Below are positions 33,761-45,990 of a DNA stretch of 64,000 nt, in pieces. Each line of letters starts with the position of its first letter. Positions within the stretch are counted from its first letter, which is position 1. Source of the stretch: the human T2T-CHM13v2.0 reference genome, Homo sapiens. The notes under the pieces are model-generated. The model was given only the letters and a program-made list of their open reading frames with translations, searched no databases and was not told where the DNA came from. The stretch lies in NCBI RefSeq assembly GCF_009914755.1, contig NC_060940.1. One strand, 5' to 3'. The translations under genes and the position numbers were made by a program.

Positions 33761-36700
33761 GTGATGTGTGCGTTCAACTCACAGAGTTTAACTTTTCTTT
33801 TCATTCAGCAGTTTGGAAACACTCTGTTTGTAAAGTCTGCAAGTGGATATCTTGGCCTCTTAGAGGCCTTCGTTGGAAACGGGTTTTTTCATGTAAAGAT
33901 AGACAGAGGAATTCCCAGTAACTTCCTTGTGTTGTGTGCATTCAACTCACAGAGTTGAATGATTCTTTACACAGAGCAGATTTGAGACACTCTTTTGGTG
34001 GAATTTGTAAGTGGAGAATTCAGCCGCTTTGAGGTCAACGGTAGAAAAGGAAATATCTTCGTATAAAAACTAGACAGAATGATTCTCAGAAACTGTTTTG
34101 TGATGTGTGCGTTCAACTCACAGAGTTTAACCTTTCTTTTCAAAGAGCAGTTAGGAAACATTCTGTTTGTAAAGTCTGCAAGTGGATATTCAGACCTCTT
34201 TGAGGCCTTCGTTGGAAACGGGATTTCTTCATATTATGCTAGACAGATGAATTCTCAGTAACTTCCTTGTGTTGTGTGTATTCAACTCACAGAGTTGAAC
34301 GATCCTTTACACAGAGCAGATTTGAAACACTGTTTTTCTGGAATTTGCAAGTGGAGATTTCAGCCGCTTTGAGGTCAATGGTAGAAAAGGAAATATCTTC
34401 GTATAAAAACTAGACAGAATGATTCTCAGAAACTCCTTTGTGATGTGTGCGTTCAACTCACAGAGTTTAACCTTTCTTTTCACAGAGCAGTTAGGAAACA
34501 CTCTGTTTGTGAAGCCTGCCAGTGGATATTCGGACCTCTTTGAGGCCTTCGTTGGAAACGGGATTTCTTCATATTATGCTAGACAGAAGATTTCTCAGTA
34601 ACTTCTTTGTGTTGTGTGTATGCAACTCACAGAGTTCAACCTTCCTTTAGACAGAGCAGATTTGAAACACTCTTTTTGTGGAATTTGCAAGTGGAGATTT
34701 CAAGCGCTTCGATGCCAATGGTAGAAAAGGAAATATCTTCGTATAAAAACAAGACAAACTCGTTCGCAGACACTGCGTAGTGATGTGTGTGTTTAACTCA
34801 CAGAGTTTCACCTTTCTTTTCATACAGCATTCTGGAAACCCTCTGTTTGTAAAGTCTGCAAGTGGATATTTGGACCTCTTAGATGCCTTCGTTGGAAACG
34901 GGATTTCTTCATATAATGCTAGAGGGAAGAATTCTTAGTAACTTCTTTGTGTTGTGTGTATTCAACTGACAGAGTTGAACCTTCCTTTAGACAGAGCAGA
35001 TTTGAAAGTCTCTTTTTGTGGAATTTGCAAGTGGAGATTTCAAGCGCTTTGAGGCCAAAAGCAGAAAAGGAAATATTTTCCTATAAAAACTAGACAGAAT
35101 CTTTCTCAGAAACTGCTCTGGGATGTGTGCGTTCAACTCACAGAGTTTAACTTTTCTTTTCATTCAGCAGTTTGGAAACACTCTGTTTGGAAAGTCTGCA
35201 CGTGGATATTTTGACCTCTTTGAGGCCTTCGTTGGAAACGGGTTATTTTAATGTAACGCTAGACAGAAGAAATCTCAGTAACTTCCTTGTGTTGTGTGTA
35301 TTCAACTGACAGAGTTGAACCTTCCTTTAGACAGAGCAGATTCGAAACACTCTTTTTCTGCAATTTGCAAGTGGAGACTTCAAGCGCTTTGAGGCCAAAG
35401 GCAGAAAAGGAAATATCTTCGTATAAAAACCCGACAGAATCATTCTCAGAAACTGCTCTGTGATGTGTGCGTTCAACTCACAGAGTTTAACTTTTCTTTT
35501 CATTCAGCAGTTTGGAAACACTCTGTTTGTAAAGTCTGCAAGTGGATATCTTGGCCTCTTAGAGGCCTTCGTTGGAAACGGGTTTTTTCATGTAAGGTTA
35601 GACAGAGGAATTCCCAGTAACTTCCTTGTGTTGTGTGCATTCAACTCACAGAGTTGAATGATTCTTTACACAGAGCAGATTTGAGACACTCTTTTGGTGG
35701 AATTTGTTAGTGGAGAATTCAGCCGCTTTGAGGTCAACGGTAGAAAAGGAAATATCTTCGTATAAAAACTAGACAGAATGATTCTCAGAAACTGTTTTGT
35801 GATGTGTGCGTTCAACTCACAGAGTTTAACCTTTCTTTTCAAAGAGCAGTTAGGAAACACTCTGTTTGTAAAGTCTGCAAGTGGATATTCAGACCTCTTT
35901 GAGGCCTTCGTTGGAAACGGGATTTCTTCATATTATGCTAGACAGATGAATTCTCAGTAACTTCCTTGTGTTGTGTGTATTCAACTCACAGAGTTGAACG
36001 ATCCTTTACACAGAGCAGATTTGAAACACTGTTTTTCTGGAATTTGCAAGTGGAGATTTCAGCCGCTTTGAGGTCAATGGTAGAAAAAGAAATATCTTCG
36101 TATAAAAACTAGACAGAATGATTCTCAGAAACTCCTTTGTGATGTGTGCGTTCAACTCACAGAGTTTAACCTTTCTTTTCACAGAGCAGTTAGGAAACAC
36201 TCTGTTTGTGAAGCCTGCCAGTGGATATTCGGACCTCTTTGAGGCCTTCGTTGGAAACGGGATTTCTTCATATTATGCTAGACAGAAGATTTCTCAGTAA
36301 CTTCTTTGTGTTGTGTGTATGCAACTCACAGAGTTCAACCTTCCTTTAGACAGAGCAGATTTGAAACACTCTTTTTGTGGAATTTGCAAGTGGAGATTTC
36401 AAGCGCTTCGATGCCAATGGTAGAAAAGGAAATATCTTCGTATAAAAACAAGACAAACTCGTTCCCAGACACTGCGTAGTGATGTGTGTGTTTAACTCAC
36501 AGAGTTTAACCTTTCTTTTCATACAGCATTCTGGAAACCCTCTGTTTGTAAAGTCTGCAAGTGGATATTTGGACCTCTTAGATGCCTTCGTTGGAAACGG
36601 GATTTCTTCATATAATGCTAGAGGGAAGAATTCTTAGTAACTTCTTTGTGTTGTGTGTATTCAACTGACAGAGTTGAACCTTCCTTTAGACAGAGCAGAT

Positions 36701-37158
36701 TTGAAAGTCTCTTTTTGTGGAATTTGCAAGTGGAGATTTCAAGCGCTTTGAGGCCAAAAGCAGAAAAGGAAATATTTTCCTATAAAAACTAGACAGAATC
36801 TTTCTCAGAAACTGCTCTGGGATGTGTGCGTTCAACTCACAGAGTTTAACTTTTCTTTTCATTCAGCAGTTTGGAAACACTCTGTTTGGAAAGTCTGCAC
36901 GTGGATATTTTGACCTCTTTGAGGCCTTCGTTGGAAACGGGTTTTTTTAATGTAACGCTAGACAGAAGAAATCTCAGTAACTTCCTTGTGTTGTGTGTAT
37001 TCAACTGACAGAGTTGAACCTTCCTTTAGACAGAGCAGATTCGAAACACTCTTTTTCTGCAATTAGCAAGTGGAGACTTCAAGCGCTTTGAGGCCAAAGG
37101 CAGAAAAGGAAATATCTTCGTATAAAAACCCGACAGAATCATTCTCAGAAACTGCTCT

Positions 37159-38177
37159 GTGATGTGTGCGTTCAACTCACAGAGTTTAACTTTTCTTTTC
37201 ATTCAGCAGTTTGGAAACACTCTGTTTGTAAAGTCTGCAAGTGGATATCTTGGCCTCTTAGAGGCCTTCGTTGGAAACGGGTTTTTTCATGTAAGGTTAG
37301 ACAGAGGAATTCCCAGTAACTTCCTTGTGTTGTGTGCATTCAACTCACAGAGTTGAATGATTCTTTACACAGAGCAGATTTGAGACACTCTTTTGGTGGA
37401 ATTTGTAAGTGGAGAATTCAGCTGCTTTGAGGTCAACGGTAGAAAAGGAAATATCTTCGTATAAAAACTAGACAGAATGATTCTCAGAAACTGTTTTGTG
37501 ATGTGTGCATTCAACTCACAGAGTTTAACCTTTCTTTTCAAAGAGCAGTTAGGAAACACTCTGTTTGTAAAGTCTGCATGTGGATATTCAGACCTCTTTG
37601 AGGCCTTCGTTGGAAACGGGATTTCTTCATATTATGCTAGACAGAATAATTCTCAGTAACTTCCTTGTGTTGTGTGTATTCAACTCACAGAGTTGAACGA
37701 TTCTTTACACAGAGCAGATTTGAAACACTGTTTTTCTGGAATTTGCAAGTGGAGATTTCAGCTGCTTTGAGGTCAATGGTAGAAAAGGAAATATCTTCGT
37801 ATAAAAACTAGACAGAATGATTCTCAGAAACTCCTTTGTGATGTGTGCGTTCAACTCACAGAGTTTAACCTTTCTTTTCACAGAGCAGTTAGGAAACACT
37901 CTGTTTGTGAAGCCTGCCAGTGGATATTCGGACCTCTTTGAGGCCTTCGTTGGAAACGGGATTTCTTCATATTATGCTAGACAGAAGATTTCTCAGTAAC
38001 CTCTTTGTGTTGTGTGTATGCAACTCACAGAGTTCAACCTTCCTTTAGACAGAGCAGATTTGAAATACTCTTTTTGTGGAATTTGCAGGTGGAGATTTCA
38101 AGCGCTTTGAGGCCAAAAGCAGAAAAGGAAATATTTTCCTATAAAAACTAGACAGAATCTTTCTCAGAAACTGCTCT
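37159..38177 (+). repeat. 6-mer HOR structural variant #2 (1019 bp)
   Basis: m4 register 37159->38178; same hybrid junction at ~38060-38180. Confidence 0.93.
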
Positions 38178-41100
38178 GTGATGTGTGCGTTCAACTCACA
38201 GAGTTTAACTTTTCTTTTCATTCAGCAGTTTGGAAACACTCTGTTTGTAAAGTCTGCAAGTGGATATCTTGGCCTCTTAGAGGCCTTCGTTGGAAACGGG
38301 TTTTTTCATGTAAGGATAGACAGAGGAATTCCCAGTAACTTCCTTGTGTTGTGTGCATTCAACTCACAGAGTTGAATGATTCTTTACACAGAGCAGATTT
38401 GAGACACTCTTTTGGTGGAATTTGTAAGTGGAGAATTCAGCCGCTTTGAGGTCAACGGTAGAAAAGGAAATATCTTCGTATAAAAACTAGACAGAATGAT
38501 TCTCAGAAACTGTTTTGTGATGTGTGCGTTCAACTCACAGAGTTTAACCTTTCTTTTCAAAGAGCAGTTAGGAAACACTCTGTTTGTAAAGTCTGCAAGT
38601 GGATATTCAGACCTCTTTGAGGCCTTCGTTGGAAACGGGATTTCTTCATATTATGCTAGACAGATGAATTCTCAGTAACTTCCTTGTGTTGTGTGTATTC
38701 AACTCACAGAGTTAAACGATCCTTTACACAGAGCAGATTTGAAACACTGTTTTTCTGGAATTTGCAAGTGGAGATTTCAGCCGCTTTGAGGTCAATGGTA
38801 GAAAAGGAAATATCTTCGTATAAGAACTAGACAGAATGATTCTCAGAAACTCCTTTGTGATGTGTGCGTTCAACTCACAGAGTTTAACCTTTCTTTTCAC
38901 AGAGCAGTTAGGAAACACTCTGTTTGTGAAGCCTGCCAGTGGATATTCGGACCTCTTTGAGGCCTTCGTTGGAAACGGGATTTCTTCATATTATGCTAGA
39001 CAGAAGATTTCTCAGTAACTTCTTTGTGTTGTGTGTATGCAACTCACAGAGTTCAACCTTCCTTTAGACAGAGCAGATTTGAAACACTCTTTTTGTGGAA
39101 TTTGCAAGTGGAGATTTCAAGCGCTTCGATGCCAATGGTAGAAAAGGAAATATCTTCGTATAAAAACAAGACAAACTCGTTCCCAGACACTGCGTAGTGA
39201 TGTGTGTGTTTAACTCACAGAGTTTCACCTTTCTTTTCATACAGCATTCTGGAAACCCTCTGTTTGTAAAGTCTGCAAGTGGATATTTGGACCTCTTAGA
39301 TGCCTTCGTTGGAAACGGGATTTCTTCATATAATGCTAGAGGGAAGAATTCTTAGTAACTTCTTTGTGTTGTGTGTATTCAACTGACAGAGTTGAACCTT
39401 CGTTTAGACAGAGCAGATTTGAAAGTCTCTTTTTGTGGAATTTGCAAGTGGAGATTTCAAGCGCTTTGAGGCCAAAAGCAGAAAAGGAAATATTTTCCTA
39501 TAAAAACTAGACAGAATCTTTCTCAGAAACTGCTCTGGGATGTGTGTGTTCAACTCACAGAGTTTAACTTTTCTTTTCATTCAGCAGTTTGGAAACACTC
39601 TGTTTGGAAAGTCTGCACGTGGATATTTTGACCTCTTTGAGGCCTTCGTTGGAAACGAGTTTTTTTCATATAAGGCTAGACAGAAGAAATCTCAGTAACT
39701 TCCTTGTGTTGTGTGTATTCAACTGACAGAGTTGAACCTTCTTTTAGACAGAGCAGATTCGAAACACTCTTTTTCTGCAATTTGCAAGTGGAGACTTCAA
39801 GCGCTTTGAGGCCAAAGGCAGAAAAGGAAATATCTTCGTATAAAAACCCGACAGAATCATTCTCAGAAACTGCTCTGTGATGTGTGCGTTCAACTCACAG
39901 AGTTTAACTTTTCTTTTCATTCAGCAGTTTGGAAACACTCTGTTTGTAAAGTCTGCAAGTGGATATCTTGGCCTCTTAGAGGCCTTCGTTGGAAACGGGT
40001 TTTTTCATGTAAGGTTAGACAGAGGAATTCCCAGTAACTTCCTTGTGTTGTGTGCATTCAACTCACAGAGTTGAATGATTCTTTACACAGAGCAGATTTG
40101 AGACACTCTTTTGGTGGAATTTGTAAGTGGAGAATTCAGCCGCTTTGAGGTCAACGGTAGAAAAGGAAATATCTTCGTATAAAAACTAGACAGAATGATT
40201 CTCAGAAACTGTTTTGTGATGTGTGCGTTCAACTCACAGAGTTTAACCTTTCTTTTCAAAGAGCAGTTAGGAAACATTCTGTTTGTAAAGTCTGCAAGTG
40301 GATATTCAGACCTCTTTGAGGCCTTCGTTGGAAACGGGATTTCTTCATATTATGCTAGACAGATGAATTCTCAGTAACTTCCTTGTGTTGTGTGTATTCA
40401 ACTCACAGAGTTGAACGATCCTTTACACAGAGCAGATTTGAAACACTGTTTTTCTGGAATTTGCAAGTGGAGATTTCAGCCGCTTTGAGGTCAATGGTAG
40501 AAAAGGAAATATCTTCGTATAAAAACTAGACAGAATGATTCTCAGAAACTCCTTTGTGATGTGTGCGTTCAACTCACAGAGTTTAACCTTTCTTTTCACA
40601 GAGCAGTTAGGAAACACTCTGTTTGTGAAGCCTGCCAGTGGATATTCGGACCTCTTTGAGGCCTTCGTTGGAAACGGGATTTCTTCATATTATGCTAGAC
40701 AGAAGATTTCTCAGTAACTTCTTTGTGTTGTGTGTATGCAACTCACAGAGTTCAACCTTCCTTTAGACAGAGCAGATTTGAAACACTCTTTTTGTGGAAT
40801 TTGCAAGTGGAGATTTCAAGCGCTTCGATGCCAATGGTAGAAAAGGAAATATCTTCGTATAAAAACAAGACAAACTCGTTCCCAGACACTGCGTAGTGAT
40901 GTGTGTGTTTAACTCACAGAGTTTCACCTTTCTTTTCATACAGCATTCTGGAAACCCTCTGTTTGTAAAGTCTGCAAGTGGATATTTGGACCTCTTAGAT
41001 GCCTTCGTTGGAAACGGGATTTCTTCATATAATGCTAGAGGGAAGAATTCTTAGTAACTTCTTTGTGTTGTGTGTATTCAACTGACAGAGTTGAACCTTC

Positions 41101-44100
41101 CTTTAGACAGAGCAGATTTGAAAGTCTCTTTTTGTGGAATTTGCAAGTGGAGATTTCAAGCGCTTTGAGGCCAAAAGCAGAAAAGGAAATATTTTCCTAT
41201 AAAAACTAGACAGAATCATTCTCAGAAACTGCTCTGTGATGTGTGTGTTCAACTCAGAGAGTTTAACTTTCTTTTCATTCAGCAGTTTGGAAACACTCTG
41301 TTTGGAAAGTCTGCACGTGGATATTTTGACCTCTTTGAGGCCTTCGTTGGAAACGAGTTTTTTTCATGTAAGGCTAGACAGAAGAAATCTCAGTAACTTC
41401 CTTGTGTTGTGTGTATTCAACTGACAGAGTTGAACCTTCCTTTAGACAGAGCAGATTCGAAACACTCTTTTTCTGCAATTTGCAAGTGGAGACTTCAAGC
41501 GCTTTGAGGCCAAAGGCAGAAAAGGAAATATCTTCGTATAAAAACCCGACAGAATCATTCTCAGAAACTGCTCTGTGATGTGTGCGTTCAACTCACAGAG
41601 TTTAACTTTTCTTTTCATTCAGCAGTTTGGAAACACTCTGTTTGTAAAGTCTGGAAGTGGATATCTTGGCCTCTTAGAGGCCTTCGTTGGAAACGGGTTT
41701 TGTCATGTAAGGTTAGACAGAGGAATTCCCAGTAACTTCCTTGTGTTGTGTGCATTCAACTCACAGAGTTGAATGATTCTATACACAGAGCAGATTTGAG
41801 ACACTCTTTTGGTGGAATTTGTAAGTGGAGAATTCAGCTGCTTTGAGGTCAACGGTAGAAAAGGAAATATCTTCGTATAAAAACTAGACAGAATGATTCT
41901 CAGAAACTGTTTTGTGATGTGTGCGTTCAACTCACAGAGTTTAACCTTTCTTTTCAAAGAGCAGTTAGGAAACACTCTGTTTGTAAAGTCTGCAAGTGGA
42001 TATTCAGACCTCTTTGAGGCCTTCGTTGGAAACGGGATTTCTTCATATTATGCTAGACAGATGAATTCTCAGTAACTTCCTTGTGTTGTGTGTATTCAAC
42101 TCACAGAGTTGAACGATCCTTTACACAGAGCAGATTTGAAACACTGTTTTTCTGGAATTTGCAAGTGGAGATTTCAGCCGCTTTGAGGTCAATGGTAGAA
42201 AAAGAAATATCTTCGTATAAAAACTAGACAGAATGATTCTCAGAAACTCCTTTGTGATGTGTGCGTTCAACTCACAGAGTTTAACCTTTCTTTTCACAGA
42301 GCAGTTAGGAAACACTCTGTTTGTGAAGCCTGCCAGTGGATATTCGGACCTCTTTGAGGCCTTCGTTGGAAACGGGATTTCTTCATATTATGCTAGACAG
42401 AAGAATTCTCAGTAACTTCTTTGTGTTGTGTGTATGCAACTCACAGAGTTCAACCTTCCTTTAGACAGAGCAGATTTGAAACACTCTTTTTGTGGAATTT
42501 GCAAGTGGAGATTTCAAGCGCTTCGATGCCAATGGTAGAAAAGGAAATATCTTCGTATAAAAACAAGACAAACTCGTTCCCAGACACTGCGTAGTGATGT
42601 GTGTGTTTAACTCACAGAGTTTAACCTTTCTTTTCATACAGCATTCTGGAAACCCTCTGTTTGTAAAGTCTGCAAGTGGATATTTGGACCTCTTAGATGC
42701 CTTCGTTGGAAACGGGATTTCTTCATATAATGCTAGAGGGAAGAATTCTTAGTAACTTCTTTGTGTTGTGTGTATTCAACTGACAGAGTTGAACCTTCCT
42801 TTAGACAGAGCAGATTTGAAAGTCTCTTTTTGTGGAATTTGCAAGTGGAGATTTCAAGCGCTTTGAGGCCAAAAGCAGAAAAGGAAATATTTTCCTATAA
42901 AAACTAGACAGAATCATTCTCAGAAACTGCTCTGTGATGTGTGTGTTCAACTCACAGAGTTTAACTTTCTTTTCATTCAGCAGTTTGGAAACACTCTGTT
43001 TGGAAAGTCTGCACGTGGATATTTTGACCTCTTTGAGGCCTTCGTTGGAAACGGGTTTTTTTCATGTAAGGCTAGACAGAAGAAATCTCAGTAACTTCCT
43101 TGTGTTGTGTGTATTCAACTGACAGAGTTGAACCTTCCTTTAGACAGAGCAGATTCGAAACACTCTTTTTCTGCAATTTGCAAGTGGAGACTTCAAGCGC
43201 TTTGAGGCCAAAGGCAGAAAAGGAAATATCTTCGTATAAAAACCCGACAGAATCATTCTCAGAAACTGCTCTGTGATGTGTGCGTTCAACTCACAGAGTT
43301 TAACTTTTCTTTTCATTCAGCAGTTTGGAAACACTCTGTTTGTAAAGTCTGCAAGTGGATATCTTGGCCTCTTAGAGGCCTTCGTTGGAAACGGGTTTTT
43401 TCATGTAAGGTTAGACAGAGGAATTCCCAGTAACTTCCTTGTGTTGTGTGCATTCAACTCACAGAGTTGAATGATTCTTTACACAGAGCAGATTTGAGAC
43501 ACTCTTTTGGTGGAATTTGTTAGTGGAGAATTCAGCCGCTTTGAGGTCAACGGTAGAAAAGGATATATCTTCGTATAAAAACTAGACAGAATGATTCTCA
43601 GAAACTGTTTTGTGATGTGTGCGTTCAACTCACAGAGTTTAACCTTTCTTTTCAAAGAGCAGTTAGGAAACACTCTGTTTGTAAAGTCTGCAAGTGGATA
43701 TTCAGACCTCTTTGAGGCCTTCGTTGGAAACGGGATTTCTTCATATTATGCTAGACAGATGAATTCTCAGTAACTTCCTTGTGTTGTGTGTATTCAACTC
43801 ACAGAGTTGAACGATCCTTTACACAGAGCAGATTTGAAACACTGTTTTTCTGGAATTTGCAAGTGGAGATTTCAGCCGCTTTGAGGTCAATGGTAGAAAA
43901 AGAAATATCTTCGTATAAAAACTAGACAGAATGATTCTCAGAAACTCCTTTGTGATGTGTGCGTTCAACTCACAGAGTTTAACCTTTCTTTTCCCAGAGC
44001 AGTTAGGAAACACTCTGTTTGTGAAGCCTGCCAGTGGATATTCGGACCTCTTTGAGGCCTTCGTTGGAAACGGGATTTCTTCATATTATGCTAGACAGAA

Positions 44101-44971
44101 GATTTCTCAGTAACTTCTTTGTGTTGTGTGTATGCAACTCACAGAGTTCAACCTTCCTTTAGACAGAGCAGATTTGAAACACTCTTTTTGTGGAATTTGC
44201 AAGTGGAGATTTCAAGCGCTTCGATGCCAATGGTAGAAAAGGAAATATCTTCGTATAAAAACAAGACAAACTCGTTCCCAGACACTGCGTAGTGATGTGT
44301 GTGTTTAACTCACAGAGTTTCACCTTTCTTTTCATACAGCATTCTGGAAACCCTCTGTTTGTAAAGTCTGCAAGTGGATATTTGGACCTCTTAGATGCCT
44401 TCGTTGGAAACGGGATTTCTTCATATAATGCTAGAGGGAAGAATTCTTAGTAACTTCTTTGTGTTGTGTGTATTCAACTGACAGAGTTGAACCTTCCTTT
44501 AGACAGAGCAGATTTGAAAGTCTCTTTTTGTGGAATTTGCAAGTGGAGATTTCAAGCGCTTTGAGGCCAAAAGCAGAAAAGGAAATATTTTCCTATAAAA
44601 ACTAGACAGAATCATTCTCAGAAACTGCTCTGGGATGTGTGCGTTCAACTCACAGAGTTTAACTTTTCTTTTCATTCAGCAGTTTGGAAACACTCTGTTT
44701 GGAAAGTCTGCACGTGGATATTTTGACCTCTTTGAGGCCTTCGTTGGAAACGGGTTTTTTTAATGTAACGCTAGACAGAAGAAATCTCAGTAACTTCCTT
44801 GTGTTGTGTGTATTCAACTGACAGAGTTGAACCTTCCTTTAGACAGAGCAGATTCGAAACACTCTTTTTCTGCAATTAGCAAGTGGAGACTTCAAGCGCT
44901 TTGAGGCCAAAGGCAGAAAAGGAAATATCTTCGTATAAAAACCCGACAGAATCATTCTCAGAAACTGCTCT

Positions 44972-45990
44972 GTGATGTGTGCGTTCACCTCACAGAGTTT
45001 AACTTTTCTTTTCATTCAGCAGTTTGGAAACACTCTGTTTGTAAAGTCTGCAAGTGGATATCTTGGCCTCTTAGAGGCCTTCGTTGGAAACGGGTTTTTT
45101 CATGTAAGGTTAGACAGAGGAATTCCCAGTAACTTCCTTGTGTTGTGTGCATTCAACTCACAGAGTTGAATGATTCTTTACACAGAGCAGATTTGAGACA
45201 CTCTTTTGGTGGAATTTGTAAGTGGAGAATTCAGCTGCTTTGAGGTCAACGGTAGAAAAGGAAATATCTTCGTATAAAAACTAGACAGAATGATTCTCAG
45301 AAACTGTTTTGTGATGTGTGCATTCAACTCACAGAGTTTAACCTTTCTTTTCAAAGAGCAGTTAGGAAACACTCTGTTTGTAAAGTCTGCAAGTGGATAT
45401 TCAGACCTCTTTGAGGCCTTCGTTGGAAACGGGATTTCTTCATATTATGCTAGACAGAATAATTCTCAGTAACTTCCTTGTGTTGTGTGTATTCAACTCA
45501 CAGAGTTGAACGATCCTTTACACAGAGCAGATTTGAAACACTGTTTTTCTGGAATTTGCAAGTGGAGATTTCAGCCGCTTTGAGGTCAATGGTAGAAAAG
45601 GAAATATCTTCGTATAAAAACTAGACAGAATGATTCTCAGAAACTCCTTTGTGATGTGTGCGTTCAACTCACAGAGTTTAACCTTTCTTTTCACAGAGCA
45701 GTTAGGAAACACTCTGTTTGTGAAGCCTGCCAGTGGATATTCGGACCTCTTTGAGGCCTTCGTTGGAAACGGGATTTCTTCATATTATGCTAGACAGAAG
45801 ATTTCTCAGTAACCTCTTTGTGTTGTGTGTATGCAACTCACAGAGTTCAACCTTCCTTTAGACAGAGAAGATTTGAAACACTCTTTTTGTGGAATTTGCA
45901 AGTGGAGATTTCAAGCGCTTTGAGGCCAAAAGCAGAAAAGGAAATATTTTCCTATAAAAACTAGACAGAATCTTTCTCAGAAACTGCTCT
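44972..45990 (+). repeat. 6-mer HOR structural variant #3 (1019 bp)
   Basis: m4 register 44972->45991; same hybrid junction at ~45875-45995. Confidence 0.93.

Noticed and set aside
41703-41975. 90-aa minus-strand ORF
   Set aside because: Read-through caused by one SNV at 41781 that removes a stop codon.
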